Source: an uncultured delta proteobacterium
GTDB lineage: Bacteria; Desulfobacterota; Desulfobaccia; Desulfobaccales; 0-14-0-80-60-11
NCBI GenBank assembly: GCA_963812015.1
Contig: CAWETI010000002.1
Coordinates: 896,001 to 960,000, forward strand
Direction: 5' to 3'
Length of the DNA: 64,000 nucleotides
Made by a program: the position numbers and the translations under genes. Positions 51,397 to 60,762 of this stretch are shown one piece after another. Each line of letters begins with the position of its first letter. Position 1 is the first letter of the stretch. The notes beneath the pieces were generated by a model. The model saw only the letters and a program-made list of their open reading frames with translations. It did not search any database and had not been told where the DNA came from.

Positions 51397-51705
51397 TTAG
51401 TACCAAGAGTAGAGCCTTGGCCATTTATTTACCACAACTCCCTGACAGATTTGTAGTTGCAGTGAATTTACTTCAGTTTCCAGAAAAAAAGGGTCTCTAT
51501 ATCCATAAGCATAAGTGTAGAGTTCACTGCCATTACTCATTTTTTCTTTCGAAAATGGCACTCCTAACATAGAAATAACGTCACTTTCCGTCGTCGTGCC
51601 AGGTTTAATATTGTTCGTCGCTGCAACGTTGAATTGACGTCCGGCTGTCGTGGAACACCCCAGAAATAGACCCACAAATAGTAAAAGTAACAGGTTTTTT
51701 GCCAT
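51397..51705 (-). CDS. Small lipoprotein (BamE/SmpA-like domain)
   Basis: GGAGG RBS; lipobox FLGC; IKPG.TT..DV...LG.P; low GC. Confidence 0.7.
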   Translation of the reverse strand: MAKNLLLLLFVGLFLGCSTTAGRQFNVAATNNIKPGTTTESDVISMLGVPFSKEKMSNGSELYTYAYGYRDPFFLETEVNSLQLQICQGVVVNKWPRLYSWY

Positions 51706-52203
51706 GATCCCCTCCTCCTGCTTCGAAAGATTTCTCCTCGTGGGCGATCCATCAGGCTTTCTGCCTGAAAACTTTTTCAATAATAATCATTCTCACAGAA
51801 AAATCAAGTGCCTAACTCCGTGAGAAGTTCCAGCCGGGGCTATTTCTGCCGGGGTTCCAACCTTCCCCCCTCAAGAGTTGGAGAGAGGCTCGCCCTTTCA
51901 CCACGGAGGATACGGTCAGGCCCAGATAGTCACCGCGTCAGGCCCTCCCAAGCTCACCCCGGAGCACGCATCACCGGGGCCCATTGCCAGGAGCGCCTGC
52001 CTGGCCGGAGTTCTGTCGGCCAGGGTCCCCGGGCCTTTCAGCACTAGCTTTACAAATTCTCCAAATCCTGCGATTAATGATAAAATTTGTTGAGATCAAG
52101 GTCATGTCTCTGAATTTCCCGTCGTCCTTAAGATAACGCCATGTGCGCTTCCGGAGCCGGACCCCCGGCGGACCGGAGTGGGAGGGTAGCACCCCTGGAT
52201 GAG

Positions 52204-54189
52204 ATGAGTGAACCATCCGGCCGTCCCGGCGCATACACGCACTTTTTCATTTGGGCCCTGGTGGTCGCCGGGTTATATCTCACCAGCCGCTACAGCTTAC
52301 TCTTGTTCCACGATATCGCCGGGCTCTTCAGCGTCGTCATTGCCGTGGGCGTCTTTGCCGTCGCCTGGAATTCCCGGGACTTCCTGGAAAATAATTACGT
52401 GCTCTTCCTGGGAATTGCCTACCTGTGCGTGGGCGCCCTGGACCTGCTCCACATCCTGGCCTACGGGGGGGTGCGGGTTTTCCCCGGCTTCGCGGTCAAT
52501 CTGCCCTCCCAGCTGGGATTTGCAGCGCGGGGCGTGGAGAGCCTCTCCCTGTGTCTGGCCCCCTTGTGCCTGGGCCGCCGCCTACAGCCGGCGGCGGTAT
52601 TTGCCGGTTATCTGGCGGCCTTTGCCGGCATTATCCTGGCGATCTTTGTCTGGCGGCTCTTTCCCGTCAGCATCGGGACGGCGGGGCCGGGGCTGACGGC
52701 CCTTAAGCAGACCGGCGACTATCTCACCAGTGTCATCCTGATGGGGGCCATGGCCCTGCTGTGGCGCCGGCGGGAGGAGTTCAACCCGGAGGTGCTGCGC
52801 CTGTTGCTGGGGGCTATCGCCCTGGCCGTCGGCTCGGAATTGGCCCTTACCTTTTTTGCCCAAGTGTCCCACCAGGCGGATGTGGTGGGCCACCTGCTCA
52901 AGATATTTTCCCTCTACCTGATTTACAAAGCCCTGATCGAAACGGAGCTGAGGCGGCCCTACCACCTTTTGTTCCGCAACCTCAGGCTCAGTGAGGCCAT
53001 GGTGCGGCAAGAACGGGAGTTTGCCGACAGCCTCATGGAAACGGCCCAGGTTATCGTGCTGGTCCTGGACCGCCAGGGACGCATCGTCCGCCTGAACCAC
53101 GCCTGCGAGAGGCTCACCGGTTATGGCCTGGCCCAGGTGCAAGGCCGGCTTTTCTGGGAGGTTTTCCCGGCTCCCGAAGAGGTTGAGGAAGTGAAGGAGG
53201 CCTTCGCGCATCTCACTTCCGGGGACTTTCCCCAGGCCTATGAGCGTGCTTGGCTGGCCAAAGACGGCCGCCGCCACCTGATCGCCTGGTCCAGCACCGC
53301 CCTCTCCGGGGAAGACGGCACGGTGGAGCGCGTGATCGGGACCGGCATCGACATCACTGACCGGCGGGAAGCGGAAAATCGCCTCCACCGGCTCAATGCC
53401 GCCCTGGGAAGTCAGATTCAGGCCGCGCCGGAGCAGATTCGGGAACCGGAGGTCATCAAGGGGGAACTGGACCGGTTCACCTACGCGGTATCCCATGAGT
53501 TGGGTTCATTGCTCCGCTGGATCAGCGGCTACTGCCGGGCCCTGGAGGAAAACTGCGCCCTCCGGCTGGATTTTCGGGGACGCCGGTATCTCCGGCGGCT
53601 GCACGAGGCGATTCGGCAGACGCGGGAGCTCATCGATGCGTTGGTGCACCACTCCCGGATGGCCACGGCCGCAATCCGTCGCCAAGAGATTGATCTCAGC
53701 GTCCAGGCCCGGGCCATCGTCGAAGATCTCCAGCGGGCGGCGCCGGCGCGCCGGGTGGAGTTCAGCATCGAACCCGGACTGACCGCCGCGGGTGACCCCG
53801 CCATGCTCCGTGCGGTCCTTGCGAACCTCCTGGGTAATGCCTGGAAATTTACCGAGAAGGTCTCCCTGGGCAAGATTGAGTTCGGGGCCCTCCCCGCCAC
53901 GGATGATTGCTGGGGTTTTCTGATTCGGGACAATCGGGCCGGCTGCACCCTGAACGGGGGACGGCATCGGTTGAGAGCTTTTGAACGGCAGCAGACGATC
54001 AGAGACTTTTCCGGCGCCGGCGTCGGCCTGGCCATGGTGCAGCGCATCATTCAGCGGCATGGCGGCCGGGTCTGGGCCGAAATCGACCACACGCAGGGGA
54101 CCACGGTTTATTTCACCTTGCCCAAGGGCGGCCAGGCATCGGCCGCAGAACCGGCCGGGGAAGATCAGCCGAACTCGTCGACAGGTTAG
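52204..54189 (+). CDS. MASE3-PAS sensor histidine kinase (orphan, partly degenerate G1/F boxes)
   Basis: LLFH.IA.LFS...DLLH.LAY.G (MASE3); LD.QG.I..N.ACE..TGY...G.DIT.R (PAS); SHEL, NLLGNAWKF, G.G.GLA.V.RII.RHGG. Confidence 0.88.
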   Translation: MSEPSGRPGAYTHFFIWALVVAGLYLTSRYSLLLFHDIAGLFSVVIAVGVFAVAWNSRDFLENNYVLFLGIAYLCVGALDLLHILAYGGVRVFPGFAVNLPSQLGFAARGVESLSLCLAPLCLGRRLQPAAVFAGYLAAFAGIILAIFVWRLFPVSIGTAGPGLTALKQTGDYLTSVILMGAMALLWRRREEFNPEVLRLLLGAIALAVGSELALTFFAQVSHQADVVGHLLKIFSLYLIYKALIETELRRPYHLLFRNLRLSEAMVRQEREFADSLMETAQVIVLVLDRQGRIVRLNHACERLTGYGLAQVQGRLFWEVFPAPEEVEEVKEAFAHLTSGDFPQAYERAWLAKDGRRHLIAWSSTALSGEDGTVERVIGTGIDITDRREAENRLHRLNAALGSQIQAAPEQIREPEVIKGELDRFTYAVSHELGSLLRWISGYCRALEENCALRLDFRGRRYLRRLHEAIRQTRELIDALVHHSRMATAAIRRQEIDLSVQARAIVEDLQRAAPARRVEFSIEPGLTAAGDPAMLRAVLANLLGNAWKFTEKVSLGKIEFGALPATDDCWGFLIRDNRAGCTLNGGRHRLRAFERQQTIRDFSGAGVGLAMVQRIIQRHGGRVWAEIDHTQGTTVYFTLPKGGQASAAEPAGEDQPNSSTG

Positions 54190-54250
54190 CTTGTGTCCTT
54201 CCGGAAATTAAGGAAAAGGTCGCCGCAGGCTTTACCGTGAAGGTCAACCC

Positions 54251-54302
54251 GTAGGGGCGGTTCGCGGCGCGCCCCGTCGTCCGCTGCAACCGATTGTTAT
54301 GT
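54251..54302 (-). other. Partial attC-like site fused to a GTAG REP half
   Basis: Minus strand reads ACATAAC-AATCG-GTTGCAGCGGACG...CGCCGCGAACCG-CCCCTAC, starting 32 nt after the rmuC stop. Confidence 0.6.
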
Positions 54303-54334
54303 AGTCATCTGGGCGCAACTTGAATGGCATTCCC

Positions 54335-55672
54335 TTATTCCAGTTTGGTCACTGTGGCCGCGTCTTCCAACGCAGTGTCTTCTCCCTCATCTTCCTCGCC
54401 TAAGGGGGGCAAGGCAAGAATCTCCAAGGCTTCCGGCTCGGTCAATTTCTCCACGGAACGCAGCTTGCGCTCTATGGCCCGGCTCCGCACCCCGGTCTTT
54501 TCAATGGTCTGGCCGGCGAGGTCGATATGGCGCTTGACCTTGTCCAGGACATCGCCGAACTTGCCGAATTCTGTCTTGATCGCCCCCAAGACCCGCCACA
54601 CCTCTACGGCCCGCTGCTCTATGGCGAGGGTCTGGAAGCCCATGCGCAGGCTGCTCAAAATCGCCGCCAAGGTGGTGGGACCGGCCACCACCACGCGATA
54701 GCGGTGCTGCAGGTCTTCGACAAAGGCCGGCTGCCGCAGCACCTCCGCATAGAGCCCTTCCGTAGCCATGAACATAATGGCAAAATCGGTGGTGTTGGGT
54801 GGGCTGATGTATTTATCGTGGATGTCCTTGGCCGCCGACCGAACGGTCCGCGCCAGGGAGTCTGTGGCCGCCTGAACTGCCCGCGGATCGGCTTTCTCCG
54901 CGGCTTCTTGCAGGCGCAGGTAGTCCTCTTGGGGAAACTTCGAGTCAATGGGAAGCCAGACGCAAGCCCCGGGGTCGTCCTTTGGGCCCGGCAGCCGCAC
55001 GGCAAACTCCACACTGTCCGATGAGTCGGGTTTCACCCGGACGTTCCGCTCGAACTGGTCCGGGTTGAGGATTTGCTCCAGGATCGCTCCGAGCTGAACC
55101 TCGGCCCACGTGCCGCGCACTTTCACGTTGGTCAGAACGCGTTTGAGGTCTCCCACGCCCGTGGCCAGATGCTGCATCTCCCCGAGACCCTTGTGTACTG
55201 CCTCCAACCTGTCGCTTACGAGTTTGAACGACTCACCGAGCCGCTTTTCCAAGGTGTCGTGGAGCTTCTCGTCCACCGTTTTGCGCATTTCGTCAAGTTT
55301 CTTCTCGTTGCCCTCCTGAAGCTCCTTGACCCGAGAGTCAAAGGTAAGGCGAATGCGGTCCAGAGCGCCCTGGTTTGATTCGGTCAGTTCCCGCAACTGC
55401 TTCGTCATGCCTTCCAGCTGCGCCTGCTGGAGCTTGCCCATGCCCTCCAGAGTCTTGGCCAGCACCTCGTTGGTCGATTTCAGGCTGCCCGACACTTCTT
55501 CACGAAGCTCCCGTCCGGCGCTGCGGGCTTCTTCCCGGCTCATCCGCAGCTCGTCGCGCACCTCCCTCCCGGCGCGGTCGGAAGCCTTGGTTGCACGGAT
55601 CAGCAGGATGACGACCAGGACCGCGATCACGGCGGTAACAGACAGTATTGCCCAAAGGAGAGCTTCATTCAT
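54335..55672 (-). CDS. rmuC: DNA recombination protein RmuC
   Basis: N-terminal TM and coiled coil; NVK.RG.W.E.QL, LPIDSKFP.EDY, PP.TTDFAIMF, GPTTL.A.L.SL.MGF; GGAG RBS. Confidence 0.95.
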   Translation of the reverse strand: MNEALLWAILSVTAVIAVLVVILLIRATKASDRAGREVRDELRMSREEARSAGRELREEVSGSLKSTNEVLAKTLEGMGKLQQAQLEGMTKQLRELTESNQGALDRIRLTFDSRVKELQEGNEKKLDEMRKTVDEKLHDTLEKRLGESFKLVSDRLEAVHKGLGEMQHLATGVGDLKRVLTNVKVRGTWAEVQLGAILEQILNPDQFERNVRVKPDSSDSVEFAVRLPGPKDDPGACVWLPIDSKFPQEDYLRLQEAAEKADPRAVQAATDSLARTVRSAAKDIHDKYISPPNTTDFAIMFMATEGLYAEVLRQPAFVEDLQHRYRVVVAGPTTLAAILSSLRMGFQTLAIEQRAVEVWRVLGAIKTEFGKFGDVLDKVKRHIDLAGQTIEKTGVRSRAIERKLRSVEKLTEPEALEILALPPLGEEDEGEDTALEDAATVTKLE

Positions 55673-55863
55673 GGTTCGCTCCAAGCCACATAACAAATTA
55701 GATTGATCCGCATAAGATGCGGAACGTCCGATTGTCTCGTGGGAGGCATGTTAGTACAAAATTCATAATCTGGAAAGAAGTCCGAGCATACCCGGCACTG
55801 AGAACCCGGATACCTCGCTGCTGTGATCTCAAAACCCGAGGTCAACACCGCCAGTAGTGCGCC

Positions 55864-55872
55864 ATTATACCA
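55864..55872 (-). promoter_or_regulatory. Putative extended -10 promoter facing rmuC
   Basis: Minus strand TGGTATAAT (TGn-TATAAT); no consensus -35. Confidence 0.5.
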
Positions 55873-56115
55873 GTTTTTAGGTTGAAATTCCTGTATTTGC
55901 CTCCTTTGGGAACCATTTTGAGTCAGAACCCAGCCTCGCGTGAAACACGTTCAACCACAACGCGGCGGGCTCCCGTGGCCATAACGGGTGAGACCTGCTC
56001 TCCGGAATTTTTCCCGATAAAATGGCCCCAAAAGTCCAAAAGGCTCTGGCGCAGGGGAGACTAAATCATTATTGTTATAGCGATTGCTAAAACTTTTTCG
56101 GATTGCCGGTCAATT

Positions 56116-56203
56116 CCGTCCCCAAGCTGGGCTTGGGAACGGGTTTGACAGCCAGGCTTGGCTTGGCGCCTATGGTCGTTTCCAAGTGCAACTTGGGAAC
56201 GAG
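56116..56203. repeat. REP-like doublet of CCCAAG-n5/6-CTTGGGAACG hairpins
   Basis: cgtccccaagctgggcttgggaacg and tcgtttccaagtgcaacttgggaacga. Confidence 0.7.
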
Positions 56204-56290
56204 AAACATGTCAAGGCTGGAGACTCCTCTTTTCTTCCTGGAATTTTTCCGATAAGAAGATAACCAAAATTCAGAGGCAACGGTTAGGCT

Positions 56291-58513
56291 ATGGCCGGGA
56301 AGGACATCTCTCAAAAAATTGCGGCCCTGGGCTGCCTGTGCGGCATCACCTCGCAGTATTGGGACAACTTTGGCCGCCGCCACCGCACCTCCCAGGCCAC
56401 GTACCGGGACTTGCTCCGGGCCATGGGGGTGCCCTGGGAGGACCCGGAGACCCTGGACCGGGAGATCGCCCGGCGGCGGTTGGGGCCCTGGGGCGCTATG
56501 CTTTCGCCGGTGCAGCTCCTCAAACCGGCCCCGGCTCCGGCCCGAGCGACGGTACGGGGCTGGTCCCCCGGGCCTGAGCCCCCGGCCGCGGTGGACGTCG
56601 TCGGGGAGATGGTCAGCGAATCAGGTGAGCGCTCCCACTGGGAGACCCGCCTCCAACCTGGCGGTCGGCCCAAGAGCCAGGCGGTCCCGGGAGGTTTTCG
56701 GGTCGCCCTGAAGCTTTCCCTGCCCGCCCCCCTGGAGTTGGGGTATTACGACCTGACCCTGAGGGTGCGGAGCGGCGGCCGGGTGGAAACCGGCCGGACC
56801 CGGTTGATCGCGGCGCCGTCCCGGGTATATACGCCGGCCTGGCTGGAGGAGGGTCACCGGGCCTGGGGCTTCAACCTGCCGCTCTATGCTTTGAAGAGCC
56901 GGGGGAACTGGGGCGTAGGAGATTTTGCCGACCTGATGGCGGTTATCCGCTGGGCCGGGCCCCTGGGGGCGGCCTTTGTGGGGGTCAATCCCCTCCATGC
57001 CCCGGGGGGGCGAGCCGGTGCCGACCCCAGCCCCTATTCCCCCACCAGCCGGATTTTTCTCAATGTTCTCTACCTGAACCTGGAGATGGCCCCGGAGATG
57101 GAGTCCTGCCGGCAGGCCCAGGATCTCCTGGCCAGCCCGGAATTTCAGGCCGCCAAAGCCCGCCTGGCCGAAGCCGCCCTGGTGTCCTACGGGGAAGTCC
57201 ATCGTTTAAAGCGCCGGGTCCTGGAACTCCTCTACCAGACGTTCTGCGAGGTGAACGGCCTTCCGGAGAGTCCCCGCACGGCCCGGGGCCGGGAGTTCAC
57301 CCGGTTTGTGGCGGATGGGGGCGAGTCCCTGGCCAGGTTCGGCCAGTTTTTCGCCCTGGCGGATCATTGCCAAAAAAACGACTGGCGCCGCTGGCCCGGA
57401 CCCTATCGCGATCCCGAGAGCCCGGCCGTGGCCGAGTTCGCCCGGGAGCACGCCGGTGAGATCGGATTTTTCCAGTATGGGCAATGGCTGGCCGTAACCC
57501 AATTGGGCCAGGTGTGCCAGGAGGCCCAACGGCAGGGCCTGCCGTTCACCCTCTACGAGGACCTGGCCCTGGGGGCGAGCCCCGGGGGCTTCGACACCTG
57601 GGCCCATCAAGACCTGTTTGCCCGGGGTCCGGCCATCGGCGCCCCTGCCGACGCCTTCAACCCTAAGGGGCAGAACTGGGGCTTGCCGCCCCTGATCCCG
57701 GAACGCCTGCGGGCCTCGGGATACCAGTTGTTCATCGACACCCTCCGGGCCAACCTCCCCCCCGGCGGCATGCTCCGGATGGACCACGTCATGGGCCTGT
57801 TTCGCCTGTTGTGGATTCCCCGGGGAATGGACGCGGCCCAGGGCGCCTATGTCATCTACCCGGCCCGGGAGCTTTTAGCCATCCTGGCCCTGGAGAGCGT
57901 CCGCCGGCGCGCCCTGATCATCGGGGAGGACCTGGGTACCGTGCCCCCCCGCATCCGCCGGGATCTAAGCAAGGCCGGGGTCTTTTCCTACCGGGTTTTT
58001 TATTTTGAACGGGACGGTAACCATAACTTCCTGCCCCCGGAGGCGTACCCGCCCCGGGCCGTGGCCGCTGTAACCACCCACGACTTGCCCACCCTGACAG
58101 GATTCTGCCAGGGGCATGACCTGGCCCTCAAACGGACCCTGGACCTTTATCCCGATGCGCGGCTGGCGGAGGCCGACGCCGCCGACCGGGAACGGGACCG
58201 CCGCCTCCTCATGGAGACCCTGCGGGGCCGGGGGTTGCTGCCGGACGGCGCGCCGGTCGAGCCTGGGGCCGGCGACGCCTGTCCCCAGGAATTGCGGGGC
58301 GCGGTTCTGGAATATCTGGCCCAGAGTGAGTCCGCCCTCATGGAGGTCCGCCTGGAGGAGATCTTCGGAATGCCGGAGCAGCAAAACCTCCCGGGCACCC
58401 TGAAGGAACACCCCAACTGGCGGATCAAGCTGCCCTTGAGCCTGGACCAAATGGAGCAGAGCCCGGCGCCCGCCCGGATGGCGGCCCGGCTGAATAAGGC
58501 CCGGGGAAGATAA
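56291..58513 (+). CDS. malQ: 4-alpha-glucanotransferase (amylomaltase, GH77)
   Basis: LYAL.S..NWG.GDF.DL, SPYSP.SR, DLA.G, GQNWG.PP, R.DH.MG..RL.WIP, GEDLG, THDLPT, N.PGT..HPNW. Confidence 0.95.
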   Translation: MAGKDISQKIAALGCLCGITSQYWDNFGRRHRTSQATYRDLLRAMGVPWEDPETLDREIARRRLGPWGAMLSPVQLLKPAPAPARATVRGWSPGPEPPAAVDVVGEMVSESGERSHWETRLQPGGRPKSQAVPGGFRVALKLSLPAPLELGYYDLTLRVRSGGRVETGRTRLIAAPSRVYTPAWLEEGHRAWGFNLPLYALKSRGNWGVGDFADLMAVIRWAGPLGAAFVGVNPLHAPGGRAGADPSPYSPTSRIFLNVLYLNLEMAPEMESCRQAQDLLASPEFQAAKARLAEAALVSYGEVHRLKRRVLELLYQTFCEVNGLPESPRTARGREFTRFVADGGESLARFGQFFALADHCQKNDWRRWPGPYRDPESPAVAEFAREHAGEIGFFQYGQWLAVTQLGQVCQEAQRQGLPFTLYEDLALGASPGGFDTWAHQDLFARGPAIGAPADAFNPKGQNWGLPPLIPERLRASGYQLFIDTLRANLPPGGMLRMDHVMGLFRLLWIPRGMDAAQGAYVIYPARELLAILALESVRRRALIIGEDLGTVPPRIRRDLSKAGVFSYRVFYFERDGNHNFLPPEAYPPRAVAAVTTHDLPTLTGFCQGHDLALKRTLDLYPDARLAEADAADRERDRRLLMETLRGRGLLPDGAPVEPGAGDACPQELRGAVLEYLAQSESALMEVRLEEIFGMPEQQNLPGTLKEHPNWRIKLPLSLDQMEQSPAPARMAARLNKARGR

Positions 58514-58559
58514 CCACTGAGAACTGACTACTGGCTACTGTTTTTAATAGAGGTGATCC

Positions 58560-59888
58560 ATGTCTGAACCAGCCTTGATCTATAATCTCTTTCCGCCCCT
58601 GGCCGGGTCCATCCCCCAATGGGAGAAGCACCTGGACCGCATCGCGGCCATGGGTTTCACCTGGATTTTTCTCAACCCCATCAACACCCCCGGCCTGTCC
58701 GGCAGCTTATATGCCGTCAAGGATTATTACGGGATCAACCCCCGCTTTTATCCCGAATCCGGCCGGGACCCGGAGGCGGCCCTGGCGCACTTTCTGAAAG
58801 AGGCCGGGCGCCGGGGCCTTAAGGTGATGCTGGACCTGGTGATCAACCACACGGCCATCGACTCGCCCCTGGTCACCCAACACCCCGAGTGGTACGCCAA
58901 GGACGACGCCGGCCGGATCAAGCACCCCGGCGCCATCGACCCCGCGGATGCCACTAAGGTGACGGTGTGGGGCGATCTGGCGGAACTGGAGTACTGGCCG
59001 CCCCCCGACCCCGAAGGGCTGCTGCACTACTTTGACGGCGTGGTGGCCAAGTACCTGCGCCTGGGCTTCATGGGGTTTAGGGCCGATGCCGCTTACAAGA
59101 TCCCCGGCGATTTCTGGGGCCGCCTCATCGGCGAGGCCAAGAACCTGGAGCCCCAGGTCCGGTTCTTCGCCGAGACCCTGGGGTGTCGCCTGGCGGAGTG
59201 CGCCCAACTGTCCTCCTCCGGGTTCGACTTCCTCTACAACAGTTCCAAGTGGTGGGATTTTCAGGAAGATTGGTGCCTTTCGCAGTATAACGACTTTCGC
59301 CCCATCGCCCCCTCCGTCAGCTTCCCGGAAAGCCACGACACCGAGCGGCTGGCGTCGGAAAGCGGCGGCGCCCCGGAAGTGGCCCGGCAGCGCTACCTCT
59401 TCGCGGCCTACTTTTCCACCGGGGTGATGATCCCCATGGGCTATGAGTACGGCTTCAAAAAGCGGCTTAACGTGGTTAAGACCCGGCCCCAGGATTGGGA
59501 GACGCCCACCTACGACCTGACCCCCTTTATCAAAGGGGTGAACCGCATGAAAAAGAAATGCCCGGTGCTCCTGGAGGAAGGACCCCAGACCCGGGTCAAC
59601 CCCAAGGGGGAGCCGGTGGCGCTCCTGCTCAAGTCCCGGGAGAGCCGCAAGGGGCGCGTCCTGGCGGTGATCAACGCCACCTTGGAACCCCAGGCGGTTG
59701 CCATCCCCGACCTGGCCGAGCTCCTGGGGAAGCCCTCCCGGGGCTGGAAAGACCTGACCCCGGATACCGTGCCGCTCAAGCTCGGGTCACCTCTGGAATT
59801 CACCTTGCCGCCGGCCCGGATGCGGATTTTCTATAATCCCGACGGTGCGCCGTTACAGCAGATTAAGAATTTTGAAAAAGTATTTTGA
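58560..59888 (+). CDS. Alpha-amylase family (GH13) glycoside hydrolase
   Basis: DLVINHT, GFRADAA, FAETLG, ESHD conserved regions. Confidence 0.92.
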   Translation: MSEPALIYNLFPPLAGSIPQWEKHLDRIAAMGFTWIFLNPINTPGLSGSLYAVKDYYGINPRFYPESGRDPEAALAHFLKEAGRRGLKVMLDLVINHTAIDSPLVTQHPEWYAKDDAGRIKHPGAIDPADATKVTVWGDLAELEYWPPPDPEGLLHYFDGVVAKYLRLGFMGFRADAAYKIPGDFWGRLIGEAKNLEPQVRFFAETLGCRLAECAQLSSSGFDFLYNSSKWWDFQEDWCLSQYNDFRPIAPSVSFPESHDTERLASESGGAPEVARQRYLFAAYFSTGVMIPMGYEYGFKKRLNVVKTRPQDWETPTYDLTPFIKGVNRMKKKCPVLLEEGPQTRVNPKGEPVALLLKSRESRKGRVLAVINATLEPQAVAIPDLAELLGKPSRGWKDLTPDTVPLKLGSPLEFTLPPARMRIFYNPDGAPLQQIKNFEKVF

Positions 59889-60017
59889 GGGGAGGGCCGG
59901 GGGAGGACAACTCCCCCGCCCTCCTCTCAAACTTCCCTCCCAGCCCCCTGTATGGGGGTTGGGGGAGAGGGTTTGGGAGAGGGGGGAGGGGCCGTCGGCC
60001 CATCGCCCCCTCTCCCA
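59883..60017. repeat. GC-rich palindromic repeat family, copy A
   Basis: tttgaggggagggccggggga..tcccccgccctcctctcaaa hairpin shared with copies at 61988 and 63589. Confidence 0.85.
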
Positions 60018-60041
60018 AGCAAACAACCCAAGGACCCTCCC

Positions 60042-60668
60042 ATGACCCAGGCCCTCGCAGGATTCAACGAGCACGGCATTGTGTTGGCCACGGACAGCCG
60101 GGCCACCCGGTTCGATGCCGCTGGGCAGCCGGAGATTTTTAACGTCAACAAGCTCTTTGCCCTGGACCGGCGCTCGGCCATCCTGAGTGGCGGCGCCGGG
60201 GTGAGCGTGTCCCTGTCCTTCGCCTTACGCCGGCAGATCGCCCGCCATCCCGGCCCCCTGGAACTGGAGGAGATGGTGGAGTTCGCCGTGCCCTTCCTCT
60301 CCCGGGGGTATCAGCGCCACCTGGAAGCCCACGGCCCGGAGACCGAAGGCTTTCGTCGCGTCTATTTCATCCTGGCCGGTTATGTGCCGGACAGCCCTCC
60401 GCCCCACTTCCAGATGGTCCTCCTGGGCAGCGAAGAAAACGAGCTCCCCTTAAGAAGGATCCAGACCGGCAATGTGGTGGTCATGCCCCGGAACCTGGGG
60501 ATGGAGATGCGCCTGTTCAAGGCCCTCAACCAGGGGGCGGACCTTATCGAAGCCCTGAGCCTGAGCAAAGACTTCCTGGAACGAATGGCCGCGGTCAAAG
60601 AAGAGGTGGGCCCGCCCTACCACTTTGCCACCATCACCTCCCAGGGGTACCAGCCCATAATTTTGTGA
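60042..60668 (+). CDS. Ntn-hydrolase/proteasome beta-subunit-like protein, 208 aa
   Basis: AAGGA RBS; M-T1...GIVLATD17SR19AT...K36LF...SGG; C-terminal VG.P.....IT..G. Confidence 0.65.
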   Translation: MTQALAGFNEHGIVLATDSRATRFDAAGQPEIFNVNKLFALDRRSAILSGGAGVSVSLSFALRRQIARHPGPLELEEMVEFAVPFLSRGYQRHLEAHGPETEGFRRVYFILAGYVPDSPPPHFQMVLLGSEENELPLRRIQTGNVVVMPRNLGMEMRLFKALNQGADLIEALSLSKDFLERMAAVKEEVGPPYHFATITSQGYQPIIL

Positions 60669-60762
60669 TGCCGGTCTATGCTTTTGGCGGTTTCTGAGTA
60701 ATAATCTCATCACTTCGCGTCAGACAAACGCAGCCTTAACGATCCCTGCAAGGAGTATCCGC

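Noticed and set aside
55760..56100. Possible intI remnant upstream of rmuC
   Set aside because: No tyrosine-recombinase motifs recognisable in any listed frame
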